Assembly (NCBI GenBank): GCA_024275935.1
Contig: JAJRYF010000064.1
Coordinates: 1,098-65,097, forward strand
Source of the DNA: Gammaproteobacteria bacterium
GTDB lineage: Bacteria > Pseudomonadota > Gammaproteobacteria > Xanthomonadales > SZUA-36
Reading direction: 5' to 3'
DNA length: 64,000 nucleotides
Shown: piece after piece, positions 21,270-30,140 of the stretch
Layout of the letters: each line of letters opens with the position of its first letter
Position numbering within the stretch: the first letter of the stretch is position 1
Made by a program: the position numbers and the translations under genes
Notes under the pieces: generated by a model
What the model saw: only the letters and a program-made list of their open reading frames with translations
What the model was told of the DNA's origin: nothing
Databases searched by the model: none

Positions 21270-22697
21270 CTACGGCGAAATTTCCTGCGGTGACCTAACG
21301 ACAACACCACCTAACTTCAACTTGCTCACACTCTGCTCATTCAATAACTGGGTTTCAGCATTAAAGTCAGGTCCATGGATGATATAGTTATCGACCCCAA
21401 AATCACCAACTGCAAAATTTTGGCCTGGTCCTGTGATATTAGATTTCGTTCTCTCACCAAACACAATGTAGGGCGCTAGTGGCATGCTTGATATCACTCC
21501 TTCCACCGACCCCATGTTATTAGAGATAGTCCAGCCGCTGGCCATGCGCACATCACCATTAATGATGATTGACGGATAGGTAGCGCCCCATAAACCCCAA
21601 ACCCTAATCCTATTCTCGGAAATATGCCCTTTAGAAATTTCATGACCCTGTATGCTGGTTGCATTCTCCATAAGGAATACATTATTACTTACTACCGCAC
21701 TAATATTAGGCTTGGCACCATTATACAATGCAAACACCACAGCCCACCCTTTAGACTCTGACTCTAGATCAACAGAAAGCTCAAATTGGTTCTGCTTCAC
21801 TACAACACTGTTTCCCGCAGATGCATCTGCAACATTGGATAACACAAATATACCTACCGCCTCATTTCCACCTGTAACCGTCGTAGAAATTTCATTACGG
21901 TAAATCATGGTGTTCTGCTTTGCGTTACGCACTACAACACCATATAAATTAGACTGGAACTGGTTGAAGCTAATGTCAACCTGTGCCTTACCATTCATTT
22001 CAGTGTATACACCAAACATCGTATTTTCTACTCGACTTTGGCGCATACTAAATGCTCCCAACAAGTCGGTGCTGCATGCTTCAGGAAACCACCCACTCTC
22101 CGATCGAACCATAACAGCTGTTCTAGGGTTAGTTTCAAGGATGCTTCCAGCTTGGATATCAACACGGTCTACGGCACCAAAAATCACATCACTTTCACCA
22201 TTGTCCGCACTCGCAGAAGCACCAGTGAAGTGAACTATACTCCTGAGTTGTTGACCATCCTGACAAGACTCATTAGCAATAATTTGCATAGCATGAATCC
22301 GCGGCCGCCCTTTCACAAACTTTAGAGCGGCGCTAGTTCTGTTTTGATCGACCAAACCCTGGCAATCAATTGAAAAGTCTTTTACCAGCAGGCGGGTTGT
22401 AGATCTTGATCGACCTTGTAATGTGCCATTAAAATTTTCAACAATAATATTGCTAATATAGTAATCCGCTGGGCCGAACCGAACTATCGGAACGCCAAGT
22501 TGCACCGCGGTATCCAGCGCACACTGCAGGTTTTCTGTATCGTCATCATTGGTGGGAGCAATCTCAATTCTCAGTTTTGCATCACTAATAGATACATAGG
22601 AGTCGTTGCAACCGACACTGGTGCTGGCGGCTGTGTTAAGCGCCGTGAATAGAATTACCAGTCCAAATAGGCCTTTTCTGAATGCTGCGATTAACAT
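21270..22697 (-). CDS. Secreted right-handed parallel beta-helix repeat protein (paralog 2)
   Basis: Colinear with paralog 1 along its whole length (ASTSVGCNDSYVS.SD.KL.IE.APTNDDDT.NLQCALD...RLLVKDFSI.CQG...). Start placed at the ATG at 22697, after GGAGG. Confidence 0.6.
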   Translation of the reverse strand: MLIAAFRKGLFGLVILFTALNTAASTSVGCNDSYVSISDAKLRIEIAPTNDDDTENLQCALDTAVQLGVPIVRFGPADYYISNIIVENFNGTLQGRSRSTTRLLVKDFSIDCQGLVDQNRTSAALKFVKGRPRIHAMQIIANESCQDGQQLRSIVHFTGASASADNGESDVIFGAVDRVDIQAGSILETNPRTAVMVRSESGWFPEACSTDLLGAFSMRQSRVENTMFGVYTEMNGKAQVDISFNQFQSNLYGVVVRNAKQNTMIYRNEISTTVTGGNEAVGIFVLSNVADASAGNSVVVKQNQFELSVDLESESKGWAVVFALYNGAKPNISAVVSNNVFLMENATSIQGHEISKGHISENRIRVWGLWGATYPSIIINGDVRMASGWTISNNMGSVEGVISSMPLAPYIVFGERTKSNITGPGQNFAVGDFGVDNYIIHGPDFNAETQLLNEQSVSKLKLGGVVVRSPQEISP

Positions 22698-22774
22698 AGA
22701 ACCCTCCACCATATTTACTAAACTCGACCTTACATACTAAAGGATACGCGCTATGACTGTCTAGATTTACCGGC

Positions 22775-23215
22775 GTAGAAGAAGTTTCGCACCCGAACTC
22801 CGTCTTTCCGAGCGGCGAATGACCCCCTTCCTTCGTCTTTCCGGGGCGGCGAATAGCCGAACCCGGAATCCATGCGGAGGAACTGGATCCCGAATATTGC
22901 TACTCGCAATTCCGGGAGGACGGTTAGAGGATATTGCTACTCGCAATCGATGTGCAGGAAGCACGAATGCCGAGAGAGCACACGGCAGGTTTTTGCTCCT
23001 CGGCAATTGCTCGATCTCTGTTCCAGACTCGATTCCCGACAATTGCTCCTGCATTGTTCTACCTTCGCCCATCCATGGAATCGTCCTGCATTGCACTACT
23101 AAGTTACATCCATGTAACGATGCAAAACCTGCACTTCCACCATTCATGGTGGTCGGATGTGCGGAACGGCACGGGGTGACGAAAAGTGGTGATTACCTCG
23201 GAGATGTCAAAGTGA
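22775..23215. repeat. Long mosaic copy (A) of the GC-rich intergenic repeat family
   Basis: Holds the family core in reverse orientation (22834..22871, CGTCTTTCCGGGGCGGCGAATAGCCGAACCCGGAATCC) and a tandem partial copy at 22801..22825. Two ATTGCTACTCGCAAT hairpin modules are present. The GTGCTCTCTCGGCATTCGTGCTTCCTGCACATC module is shared with copy C. Confidence 0.8.
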
Positions 23216-23219
23216 AGAG

Positions 23220-23756
23220 TTAAACCTCTAACTGATAAAATACTACTTCTTCATCACCTAGTGGGTCTTTATGAATATCCTTTTTAAGGTATTGCATGCC
23301 TAATTTGAGCATGATATTGATTGAGGCTGTGTTTTCTTCAAATGCCAAGGCAGTTAGCTTGTTAATCCCACCCTGTTCAATTAGTGCTCGCACAACTTGT
23401 GTCGCAGCCTCGGTCGCATAGCCATAGCCCCAGGAATTTCGGCTAAAGCGCCAGCCTATTTCAAGGTTCTGATAATCCGGGCTCTCATTGAAAAACCCCA
23501 TAGGTCTGACTAAAATACTACCAATAAAGATATCACTTTCTTGCAACATCACCTTCCACAAACCCCAGCCTTTTTGTGAATTCGTATAGCTTTCCATACG
23601 CGGAATATATACTTCATTTATTTCTTTTCTGGTGGTCATTTTCCCACCATTGATATACCGCATTACTTCAATGTCCTGATCCAATTGAAACATTAGTTCA
23701 GCATCTTTTGCGCTCATTAACTCAAACCTGAGACGCTCTGTAGCACTGATATTCAA
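23220..23756 (-). CDS. GNAT-family N-acetyltransferase (RimJ/RimL-like)
   Basis: N-terminus has [20 protein letters not shown], typical of RimJ/L-type GNATs. Acetyl-CoA pocket region [14 protein letters not shown]. The TTG start overlaps the acs stop. Confidence 0.8.
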   Translation of the reverse strand: MNISATERLRFELMSAKDAELMFQLDQDIEVMRYINGGKMTTRKEINEVYIPRMESYTNSQKGWGLWKVMLQESDIFIGSILVRPMGFFNESPDYQNLEIGWRFSRNSWGYGYATEAATQVVRALIEQGGINKLTALAFEENTASINIMLKLGMQYLKKDIHKDPLGDEEVVFYQLEV

Positions 23757-25702
23757 CGATTTAATCTCTCTGCAATCAAACTATCAACCACGCCCGGTTC
23801 TGCCAGAGTCGAGGTATCACCTAGATTAGAGTAATCATTTGCCGCAATCTTGCGCAAAATTCTACGCATGATTTTTCCTGATCTGGTTTTTGGTAAGGCT
23901 GGGGTGAATTGAATTAAGTCCGGGGTGGCAATTGGGCCGATTTCTTTACGCACACATAGGCGCAACTCATTTTCTAATTCAAGCGTAGGCTTCAGCCCGG
24001 CTATGGTAGTTACATACACATAGATGCCTTGACCCTTTATAGCATGCGGGTAACCGACTACTGCTGCCTCAGACACAGCCGGGTGTGCGACAAATGCGCT
24101 TTCAATTTCGGCGGTGCCCATCCGGTGACCGGAGATATTTAATACATCATCAACCCGCCCGGTTATCCAGTAATAACCATCTTCATCACGGCGGCAGCCA
24201 TCACCGGTGAAGTAATAACCCGGATAAGTTGAAAAGTAGGCTTCAACAAAGCGTTCATGATTACCATACAGGCCACGCATCTGGCCTGGCCAGCTATCGG
24301 TGATAATCAGGTTGCCCTCGGCTGCACCTTCCAAAAACTGACCCTCAGCATCAACCAATGCGGGCTGGATACCAAAAAATGGTCTGCTTGCTGAACCGGG
24401 TTTGAGCGCGGTAGCCCCCGGCAAGGGGGTAATCATTATTCCACCAGTTTCAGTTTGCCACCAGGTATCAACAATCGGACAGCGTTGCTCACCAACCACT
24501 CGGTAATACCATTCCCAAGCCTCCGGATTGATTGGCTCCCCTACTGTTCCCAATAAGCGCAGAGAAGACCTTGATGTAGCCTTAACCGGCTCATCACCTT
24601 CACGCATCAAAGCCCGAATTGCGGTTGGCGCGGTATAACAAATATTCACTTGGTGCTTATCTATTACCTGCCAAAAGCGGCTGTAATCAGGGTAATTAGG
24701 CACACCCTCAAACATTAGCGTAGTCGCACCATTTGCTAGTGGTCCATAAACAATATAGCTGTGGCCAGTTACCCAGCCTACATCAGCGGTACACCAGTAA
24801 ATATCACCAGGCTGGTAATCAAATACATACTCATGGGTGATTGAGGCGTAAACCAGATAGCCGCCGGTGGTATGCAACACGCCTTTTGGGGTTCCGGTAG
24901 AGCCGGAGGTGTACAGAATAAATAGCGGATCCTCGGCATTCATTTCCGTAGCCGGGCAATCTTCTGGAACCTGGGGTTCTTCTTCGTGCAACCAAATATC
25001 CCTACCTGCAAACCAAGCCACCTCGGTAGCGGTGTTGCGAACCACCAAAACTGTATCCAGTAATTCTGCTACCCCCTCAATTTCAGCCGCTGCATCAACA
25101 TTGGCCTTCAAAGGAATAGTCTTGCCGCCCCGGCGGCCTTCATCTGCCGTAATTACTAGTTTAGATTGGCAATCAATAATTCTCCCAGCCAGGGCTTCGG
25201 GTGAAAACCCGCCAAAAACCACTGAGTGAACCGCGCCGATACGGGCACATGCCAGCATCGCAATGGCAGCCTCTGGAATCATCGGCATATATAGAGTAAC
25301 CCGATCACCTTTGCCAACGCCTCTGGACTTCAACACATTAGCAAACTTACAAACCCTTGCGTGTAACTGCCGGTAGGTAATTTTCTGGTCAACCGCCGGG
25401 TCATCGCCTTCCCATATTATTGCAACCTCATCACCTTTGTCTTCTAGGTGCCTGTCCACGCAATTAACACACGCATTTAAGCTGCCGTCTTCATACCAGC
25501 GAATATGTAGGTCAGCTTGATTGTATGAAACATCTTTTACTTTAGTAAACGGTTTAATCCAATCAATTCGCTCGGCAGCTGTAGCCCAGAAGCCCTCATT
25601 ATCGTCAATCGACTGACGATACATAGATTCGTAGCTATCGCTATTTATCTTGGCATCAGCCTGCCATTGGGCGGGTACCGGGTAGACTTTTCCCATGCTC
25701 AT
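23753..25702 (-). CDS. acs: Acetyl-CoA synthetase
   Basis: 649 aa with the AMP-binding motif [11 protein letters not shown] and the C-terminal [11 protein letters not shown] motif. Acs-like throughout. Confidence 0.95.
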   Translation of the reverse strand: MSMGKVYPVPAQWQADAKINSDSYESMYRQSIDDNEGFWATAAERIDWIKPFTKVKDVSYNQADLHIRWYEDGSLNACVNCVDRHLEDKGDEVAIIWEGDDPAVDQKITYRQLHARVCKFANVLKSRGVGKGDRVTLYMPMIPEAAIAMLACARIGAVHSVVFGGFSPEALAGRIIDCQSKLVITADEGRRGGKTIPLKANVDAAAEIEGVAELLDTVLVVRNTATEVAWFAGRDIWLHEEEPQVPEDCPATEMNAEDPLFILYTSGSTGTPKGVLHTTGGYLVYASITHEYVFDYQPGDIYWCTADVGWVTGHSYIVYGPLANGATTLMFEGVPNYPDYSRFWQVIDKHQVNICYTAPTAIRALMREGDEPVKATSRSSLRLLGTVGEPINPEAWEWYYRVVGEQRCPIVDTWWQTETGGIMITPLPGATALKPGSASRPFFGIQPALVDAEGQFLEGAAEGNLIITDSWPGQMRGLYGNHERFVEAYFSTYPGYYFTGDGCRRDEDGYYWITGRVDDVLNISGHRMGTAEIESAFVAHPAVSEAAVVGYPHAIKGQGIYVYVTTIAGLKPTLELENELRLCVRKEIGPIATPDLIQFTPALPKTRSGKIMRRILRKIAANDYSNLGDTSTLAEPGVVDSLIAERLNR

Positions 25703-25795
25703 ATTCCTGACTAGTTGATATTTTAGAGTTAGTATAACGCTTGGTTAATTAGTTATCATTCCGAGATGACGGTTATAGGATATTGCTATCGCCAC

Positions 25796-25820
25796 AAAAA
25801 AAGCCACCCGAGGGTGACTT
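25796..25820 (-). terminator. Rho-independent terminator after tRNA-Gln
   Basis: The minus strand reads GTCACC-CTCG-GGTGGC followed by TTTTTTT. On this strand the stem has a G-U wobble; on the plus strand the same position is a C-A mismatch. Confidence 0.65.
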
Positions 25821-25828
25821 TTTTGATT

Positions 25829-25902
25829 TGGCTGGGGGAGAGGGACTTGAACCCCCGCTGACGGAGTCAGAGTCCGTAGTACTACCACTATACGATCCCC
25901 CA
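25829..25902 (-). tRNA. tRNA-Gln (anticodon CUG), CCA encoded
   Basis: I folded the cloverleaf by hand. Acceptor stem is TGGGGGA/TCCCCCA and D arm is GTAT-AGTGGTA-GTAC. Anticodon arm is ACGGA-CTCTGAC-TCCGT (anticodon CTG). T arm is GGGGG-TTCAAGT-CCCTC, then discriminator G and CCA. Confidence 0.9.
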
Positions 25903-25938
25903 AGTATCTTTGCGCGGAAGACAGGCTCCCTAAAGCAA

Positions 25939-26331
25939 TTAACGCTTGGAGTACTGAGTCGCTTTACGCGCCTTGTGCAAACCAACTTTCTTACGCTCAA
26001 CTTCACGCGCGTCACGGGTTACATAGCCCGCTTTACGCAGATCAGGACGCAAGCTTTCGTCATATTCCATTAATGCTCGGGTAATACCTAAGCGGATCGC
26101 GCCTGCTTGCCCGGTCATGCCGCCACCTTTAACAGTAGCATTGATATCAAATTTACCAGTCATTTCCAATAGCTCAAGCGGCTGACGCACTACCATGCGT
26201 GAGGTCTCGCGCCCGAAGAAATCTTCTAAAGCCTGTTTGTTGACGGTAATTTTACCTTCGCCCTTGCGCATAAAAACGCGTGCGGTTGAAGATTTGCGAC
26301 GGCCAGTGCCGTAAAATTGTTCAGTAGCCAT
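25939..26331 (-). CDS. rpsI: 30S ribosomal protein S9
   Basis: 130 aa, [14 protein letters not shown]...C-terminal [11 protein letters not shown]. Confidence 0.95.
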   Translation of the reverse strand: MATEQFYGTGRRKSSTARVFMRKGEGKITVNKQALEDFFGRETSRMVVRQPLELLEMTGKFDINATVKGGGMTGQAGAIRLGITRALMEYDESLRPDLRKAGYVTRDAREVERKKVGLHKARKATQYSKR

Positions 26332-26336
26332 GGCGA

Positions 26337-26765
26337 TTAAATTTCCAAAGTCTGTGGTTGCTGGGCAGTATGCGGGTGCTCGGTACCAGCATATACTTTC
26401 AATTTGCTGTACATAGTGCGTCCCAGTGAATTCTTGGGCAGCATTCCTTTAACTGCTTTTTCGATAACCCGCTCCGGGTGCTCTGCCAACAGTTTTTCAA
26501 GGTTAGTAGTCTTAAGATTACCGATATAACCGGTATGATGCTGGTACAACTTATCTTTCATCTTGTTACCAGTTACCCCGATTTTCTCAGCATTGATAAC
26601 CACGATATAATCGCCGGTATCTACATGCGGAGTGTATTCAGCTTTATGTTTTCCGCGCAGACGGTGAGCAATTTGAGTTGCCAGTCTGCCCAAAATCTTG
26701 TTTTCTGCGTCCACAATGAACCAATCTCGTTGAACTTCATGTGGCTTTGCGCTAATGGTCTTCAT
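26337..26765 (-). CDS. rplM: 50S ribosomal protein L13
   Basis: 142 aa, [33 protein letters not shown]... Confidence 0.95.
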   Translation of the reverse strand: MKTISAKPHEVQRDWFIVDAENKILGRLATQIAHRLRGKHKAEYTPHVDTGDYIVVINAEKIGVTGNKMKDKLYQHHTGYIGNLKTTNLEKLLAEHPERVIEKAVKGMLPKNSLGRTMYSKLKVYAGTEHPHTAQQPQTLEI

Positions 26766-26956
26766 AGCTATGACCTAATATTTTCAGTTAAAATTCAGTG
26801 TAAATCACCCGCACACACGAATGCTGCGGTAAAGAGCGAGAATTTTACAGGTTTAGAGCGGTCTGTGCAATATATTTGTGAACTTATTATCTCGGCGGCG
26901 GGCAGGTAAATACACCCAAAATCAGCCGTGCGGTTTACGCCGACTAAATTTGCTTG

Positions 26957-27298
26957 TTATGCGGTTTGAGTAGTCCACATTGGGATCCAGCCACAAGAGC
27001 CATCACTTTTTTCAACCCAACCCCAACCGTTCAGCTTATAGCGCAGAGTTAATTTATCTCCTACACAGGTATCTAGCTCTTTGGCCGTATAATCTTGCTT
27101 TGCTACTGCCTGATCGGCCTTTTCTTTAAAGCGGAGATATTGCAGTGGAGCCCAGCCTTGGTTCCCGTTGTTATCCGTAACCCATATCCAGCCTTCATAC
27201 TCTGTGTTTTTCTTACCAGTGATTAGACACTCACCATGTGTAAACCTAACTGGGCTGGGGTAATTTGACTTGTGCTCTTTTACAGCTATAAGTTTCAT
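26957..27298 (-). CDS. Small protein with two SH3-like repeats
   Basis: Two similar segments (GWIWVTDNNGNQGWAPLQYL and GWGWVEKSDGSCGWIPMW) resemble bacterial SH3 variants. Confidence 0.45.
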   Translation of the reverse strand: MKLIAVKEHKSNYPSPVRFTHGECLITGKKNTEYEGWIWVTDNNGNQGWAPLQYLRFKEKADQAVAKQDYTAKELDTCVGDKLTLRYKLNGWGWVEKSDGSCGWIPMWTTQTA

Positions 27299-27368
27299 TT
27301 AGGCTCTCGATAGCTCTGAATTAAGTGGAAGACTCTGACTATATAAGAATACTTCCGCGTTTGCGCTC

Positions 27369-27686
27369 TTAATCCAGCCTTAACCGCTCGACACAAACCC
27401 CATCGCGCAGATGAGAGCTAATGATTTCATCCAAATCGCTCTCATCTACATAGTTGTACCAAACTGCATCCGGGTAGACCACACAAACCGGCCCCTGCTC
27501 GCAGCGATCCAGGCATTTAGAACCGTTTATTCTGACCTTTCCAGGCCCGGTAATGGCAAGTTTCTTGGCTTGACTCTTGGCATAAGCCAACAGCTCGGGG
27601 GAGCCGCAATTGGCGCACGAGGGCCTTTCGGCACCAGCTTCGCGCTGGTTAATGCAAATAAACAAATGGCGTTGGTAGTAGCTCAT
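27369..27686 (-). CDS. Thioredoxin-like [2Fe-2S] ferredoxin
   Basis: RHLFIC..RPSCANCG...GSKCLDRCEQGPVCVVYPDAVWY carries the Cys pattern and sequence typical of the small (2Fe-2S) ferredoxin family. Confidence 0.7.
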   Translation of the reverse strand: MSYYQRHLFICINQREAGAERPSCANCGSPELLAYAKSQAKKLAITGPGKVRINGSKCLDRCEQGPVCVVYPDAVWYNYVDESDLDEIISSHLRDGVCVERLRLD

Positions 27687-27936
27687 AAGGGATTATCCAG
27701 ATAGCAGTAGCCAGGGAGCCTCTGACCCGGAATAATGCCGGCTCAAAGCCTCAGAAATTATTTTTCTAACCCATATCAGTGGTATTTCACCAAACATCAA
27801 TAAAGCACCTATAATAAAAACCAATGATCCAGAGTAAGAGTCACTATGTAACCACCCCCGATATTTTTTGCAAATGCTCAACAAAAAGGCTCATAGATGA
27901 TATATATCATACCTTCAACGCATCATATAAGTAAAA

Positions 27937-28161
27937 ATGATCACCTCAGCAGTACAGGAAGATTGGATGTCACCTTTTCCCCACATTTCAGCTACTCTGA
28001 ATAGCGAGAGTCAAAGCACAGATACAGTAGAGGCCACTAATAGCATGGCTCCCACTCACAACAAGGACCTGACTGCCTTCTTCGCGATTGGCATGACTAT
28101 AAACATTATAATTGTGGTGACATTTATTATCTGGGGCTTCAAACAATGGAATAGAAAATGA
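27937..28161 (+). CDS. Small single-TM membrane protein, hypothetical
   Basis: 74 aa with a C-terminal TM helix (FFAIGMTINIIIVVTFIIWGF). Its stop overlaps the SCO1 start by 4 nt (ATGA). Confidence 0.4.
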   Translation: MITSAVQEDWMSPFPHISATLNSESQSTDTVEATNSMAPTHNKDLTAFFAIGMTINIIIVVTFIIWGFKQWNRK

Positions 28162-28814
28162 AGCAACAACCAGGCAAAAAAAACTTACCAGTGGGTACAA
28201 TCTTTATATTCAGCCTCTGGGTGCTGGTTGGTGTAATGGCATATTCTTACTGGAATTCACGCGCAGCAGTGGCCACTCCACCAGCAGAGCTAATGGGAGT
28301 ACTACGCCCCGAGCCAAAAACACTCGAAAATTTTAGCTTGACCAATCAAGACGGAAGAATTTTCAACCAGACTGACCTTAGCGGTCTCTGGACTTTTTTG
28401 TTTTTTGGCTTTACCTCATGCCCAGATGTCTGCCCAACAACATTATCGATCCTCAATATAGTAGATCAGCAACTCAAATCCGATTCGCCAGAGACCGCTG
28501 ACACTCAGGTTGTATTAATCTCAGTCGATCCAAACAGGGATACTCCAGAAAAACTTGCTAAATACATATCTTTTTTTAATCAGGATTTTATCGCCGCTAC
28601 TGGCTCAAAAGCAGAAATTGACCAGTTCACTAAAATGACTAGCGCCGGCTATATGTTTGAAGATGAAACCTCACCAGGGGTATATCAGGTTAACCACACC
28701 AGCGCCATTTTTCTGATCGACCCTCAAGCCAGGCTAGTGGCCTCGTTTTCACAACCACATAGGCCCGATACCATTGTCGAGCAGTTCCGACAAATTCGTA
28801 AATACTTTGAGTAA
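28158..28814 (+). CDS. SCO1/SenC-family copper chaperone
   Basis: N-terminal TM anchor, CPDVCP (CxxxC) motif and a downstream conserved His (NHTSAIFLIDP). Confidence 0.9.
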   Translation: MKQQPGKKNLPVGTIFIFSLWVLVGVMAYSYWNSRAAVATPPAELMGVLRPEPKTLENFSLTNQDGRIFNQTDLSGLWTFLFFGFTSCPDVCPTTLSILNIVDQQLKSDSPETADTQVVLISVDPNRDTPEKLAKYISFFNQDFIAATGSKAEIDQFTKMTSAGYMFEDETSPGVYQVNHTSAIFLIDPQARLVASFSQPHRPDTIVEQFRQIRKYFE

Positions 28815-28917
28815 ATCCGGGCGTAACGCACCAAAAGTTTAAAGCAGTACACAATGGTGCGTTCGCTAGCTTAACGAGCCCTAGCAATTGTCCAACCACA
28901 CCAAATAAAAGCAGAAT

Positions 28918-29412
28918 TTAATCTTTGGCCTGATTAAACTTGATGATGTGGTCATTCAACATTCCGGCTTTTCTCATCTCCAGGGAATCATCAGTGAACT
29001 TTACCCGACAAGGTGCTGTGCCGTTACATTCAAATCGGTATTGTCCTTCATCCATGCTGGTAAAAAATTCTACATGAGCCAGGGTACTCTGCTCCAGCAA
29101 TGAGAACTTGCCCCGTGTATAGGTTTCTGGTTTTACCTTCTCGATAACCTGACTAAATACCTGATGAATAGTTTTAGTTTGCAAGTTTCTTGAATAAGGG
29201 TACGGAACATACAGCATGACCACACGCTGGTCCGGATAAAACTTCAAGAAAAGCTCACTACCGGTTATTTTAGCCACTCGATTATCATCATTGTCTCTAT
29301 AAAAGTAACCAGAATACATATCTGCCGAATCAGCTACGGCACTCGTGCCTGCTAGCAACAGAAATAATCCCGCTATACATACCGCCGGTAAGTTTTTATT
29401 GATTGATTTCAT
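28918..29412 (-). CDS. Hypothetical secreted protein
   Basis: Signal-peptide-like N-terminus (MKSINKNLPAVCIAGLFLLLAGTSAVA). No recognisable motif. Start chosen at the ATG at 29412. Confidence 0.45.
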   Translation of the reverse strand: MKSINKNLPAVCIAGLFLLLAGTSAVADSADMYSGYFYRDNDDNRVAKITGSELFLKFYPDQRVVMLYVPYPYSRNLQTKTIHQVFSQVIEKVKPETYTRGKFSLLEQSTLAHVEFFTSMDEGQYRFECNGTAPCRVKFTDDSLEMRKAGMLNDHIIKFNQAKD

Positions 29413-29494
29413 TATCTTATTCACCTTGAACCTCAATTACACATATAATATACATATATTGAAACACTCGGTATGATGCAGGTCAGATATTAAC

Positions 29495-29920
29495 TTGGAT
29501 ATTATCCTCTACCTCCCACACATATTAGCAATTCTCAATGCAAGCACTATCTTGCTGCTGATTAGCGGATATTATTTTATTCGCAACAAGCAGCCTCAGG
29601 TACATCGTGCCTATATGTTATCAGCATCGGCTGTGGCCGCAATTTTCCTGGTTTGTTACCTGGTATACCATGCCAAAGTTGGTTATATACCTTTTGCTGG
29701 TGAAGGTGCAATTAGACCTTATTACTTCACCATTTTGGCCTCTCATGTCATTCTAGCGGCAATCGCTGCACCGTTAATTCTAATTACTCTCGTACTTGCC
29801 CTACGAGGAAAATTTACGCTTCACCGGCGTTTCGCACGCTGGATATTTCCACTCTGGCTATATGTTTCTATTTCCGGACTAAGTGTTTACTTTCTTTCTT
29901 TCCACATTTACCCAAACTGA
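29495..29920 (+). CDS. DUF420-family membrane protein (cytochrome oxidase associated)
   Basis: Four TM helices with LPHILAILNASTILLLISGYYFIR....HRAYMLSA...FLVCYLVYH, typical of DUF420. TTG start. Confidence 0.7.
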   Translation: MDIILYLPHILAILNASTILLLISGYYFIRNKQPQVHRAYMLSASAVAAIFLVCYLVYHAKVGYIPFAGEGAIRPYYFTILASHVILAAIAAPLILITLVLALRGKFTLHRRFARWIFPLWLYVSISGLSVYFLSFHIYPN

Positions 29921-29930
29921 GTAATATTCT

Positions 29931-30140
29931 ATGGAAATCGTCTATTTCACAATCACAGCAATTTTCCTTTATCTGTTTTCTGACTGGCTTCTACAGCGGA
30001 TAGAGCTTAGCCTCGGGCGTCGACTGGAACACAGGTCAGTAATATTCTTTGCGATCATTCTGGTACTTGCAGTCAGCACATTTGCCCTAGTTCAGTCATT
30101 TCAACCGGAAATAGTGAGCGCATCTTTAACTGAGGAGTGA
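29931..30140 (+). CDS. Small two-TM membrane protein, hypothetical
   Basis: 69 aa with two hydrophobic helices. Its 3' end overlaps the convergent HCO-like gene by 15 nt. Confidence 0.3.
   Translation: MEIVYFTITAIFLYLFSDWLLQRIELSLGRRLEHRSVIFFAIILVLAVSTFALVQSFQPEIVSASLTEE

Noticed and set aside
22767-23223. Four ORFs of 76-134 aa on both strands (for example ...IRDPVPPHGFRVRLFAAPERRRKGV...)
   Set aside because: They lie entirely within repeat copy A and overlap one another in several frames. Their apparent conservation with ORFs at 56840..57146 and 60474..60885 is explained by nucleotide-level repeat homology. The homology is broken by indels that do not respect any reading frame.
27693-27884. 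A 63-aa minus-strand ORF between the ferredoxin and SCO1 genes
   Set aside because: It has one hydrophobic stretch but no RBS, and it lies in the divergent promoter region. Support is insufficient.
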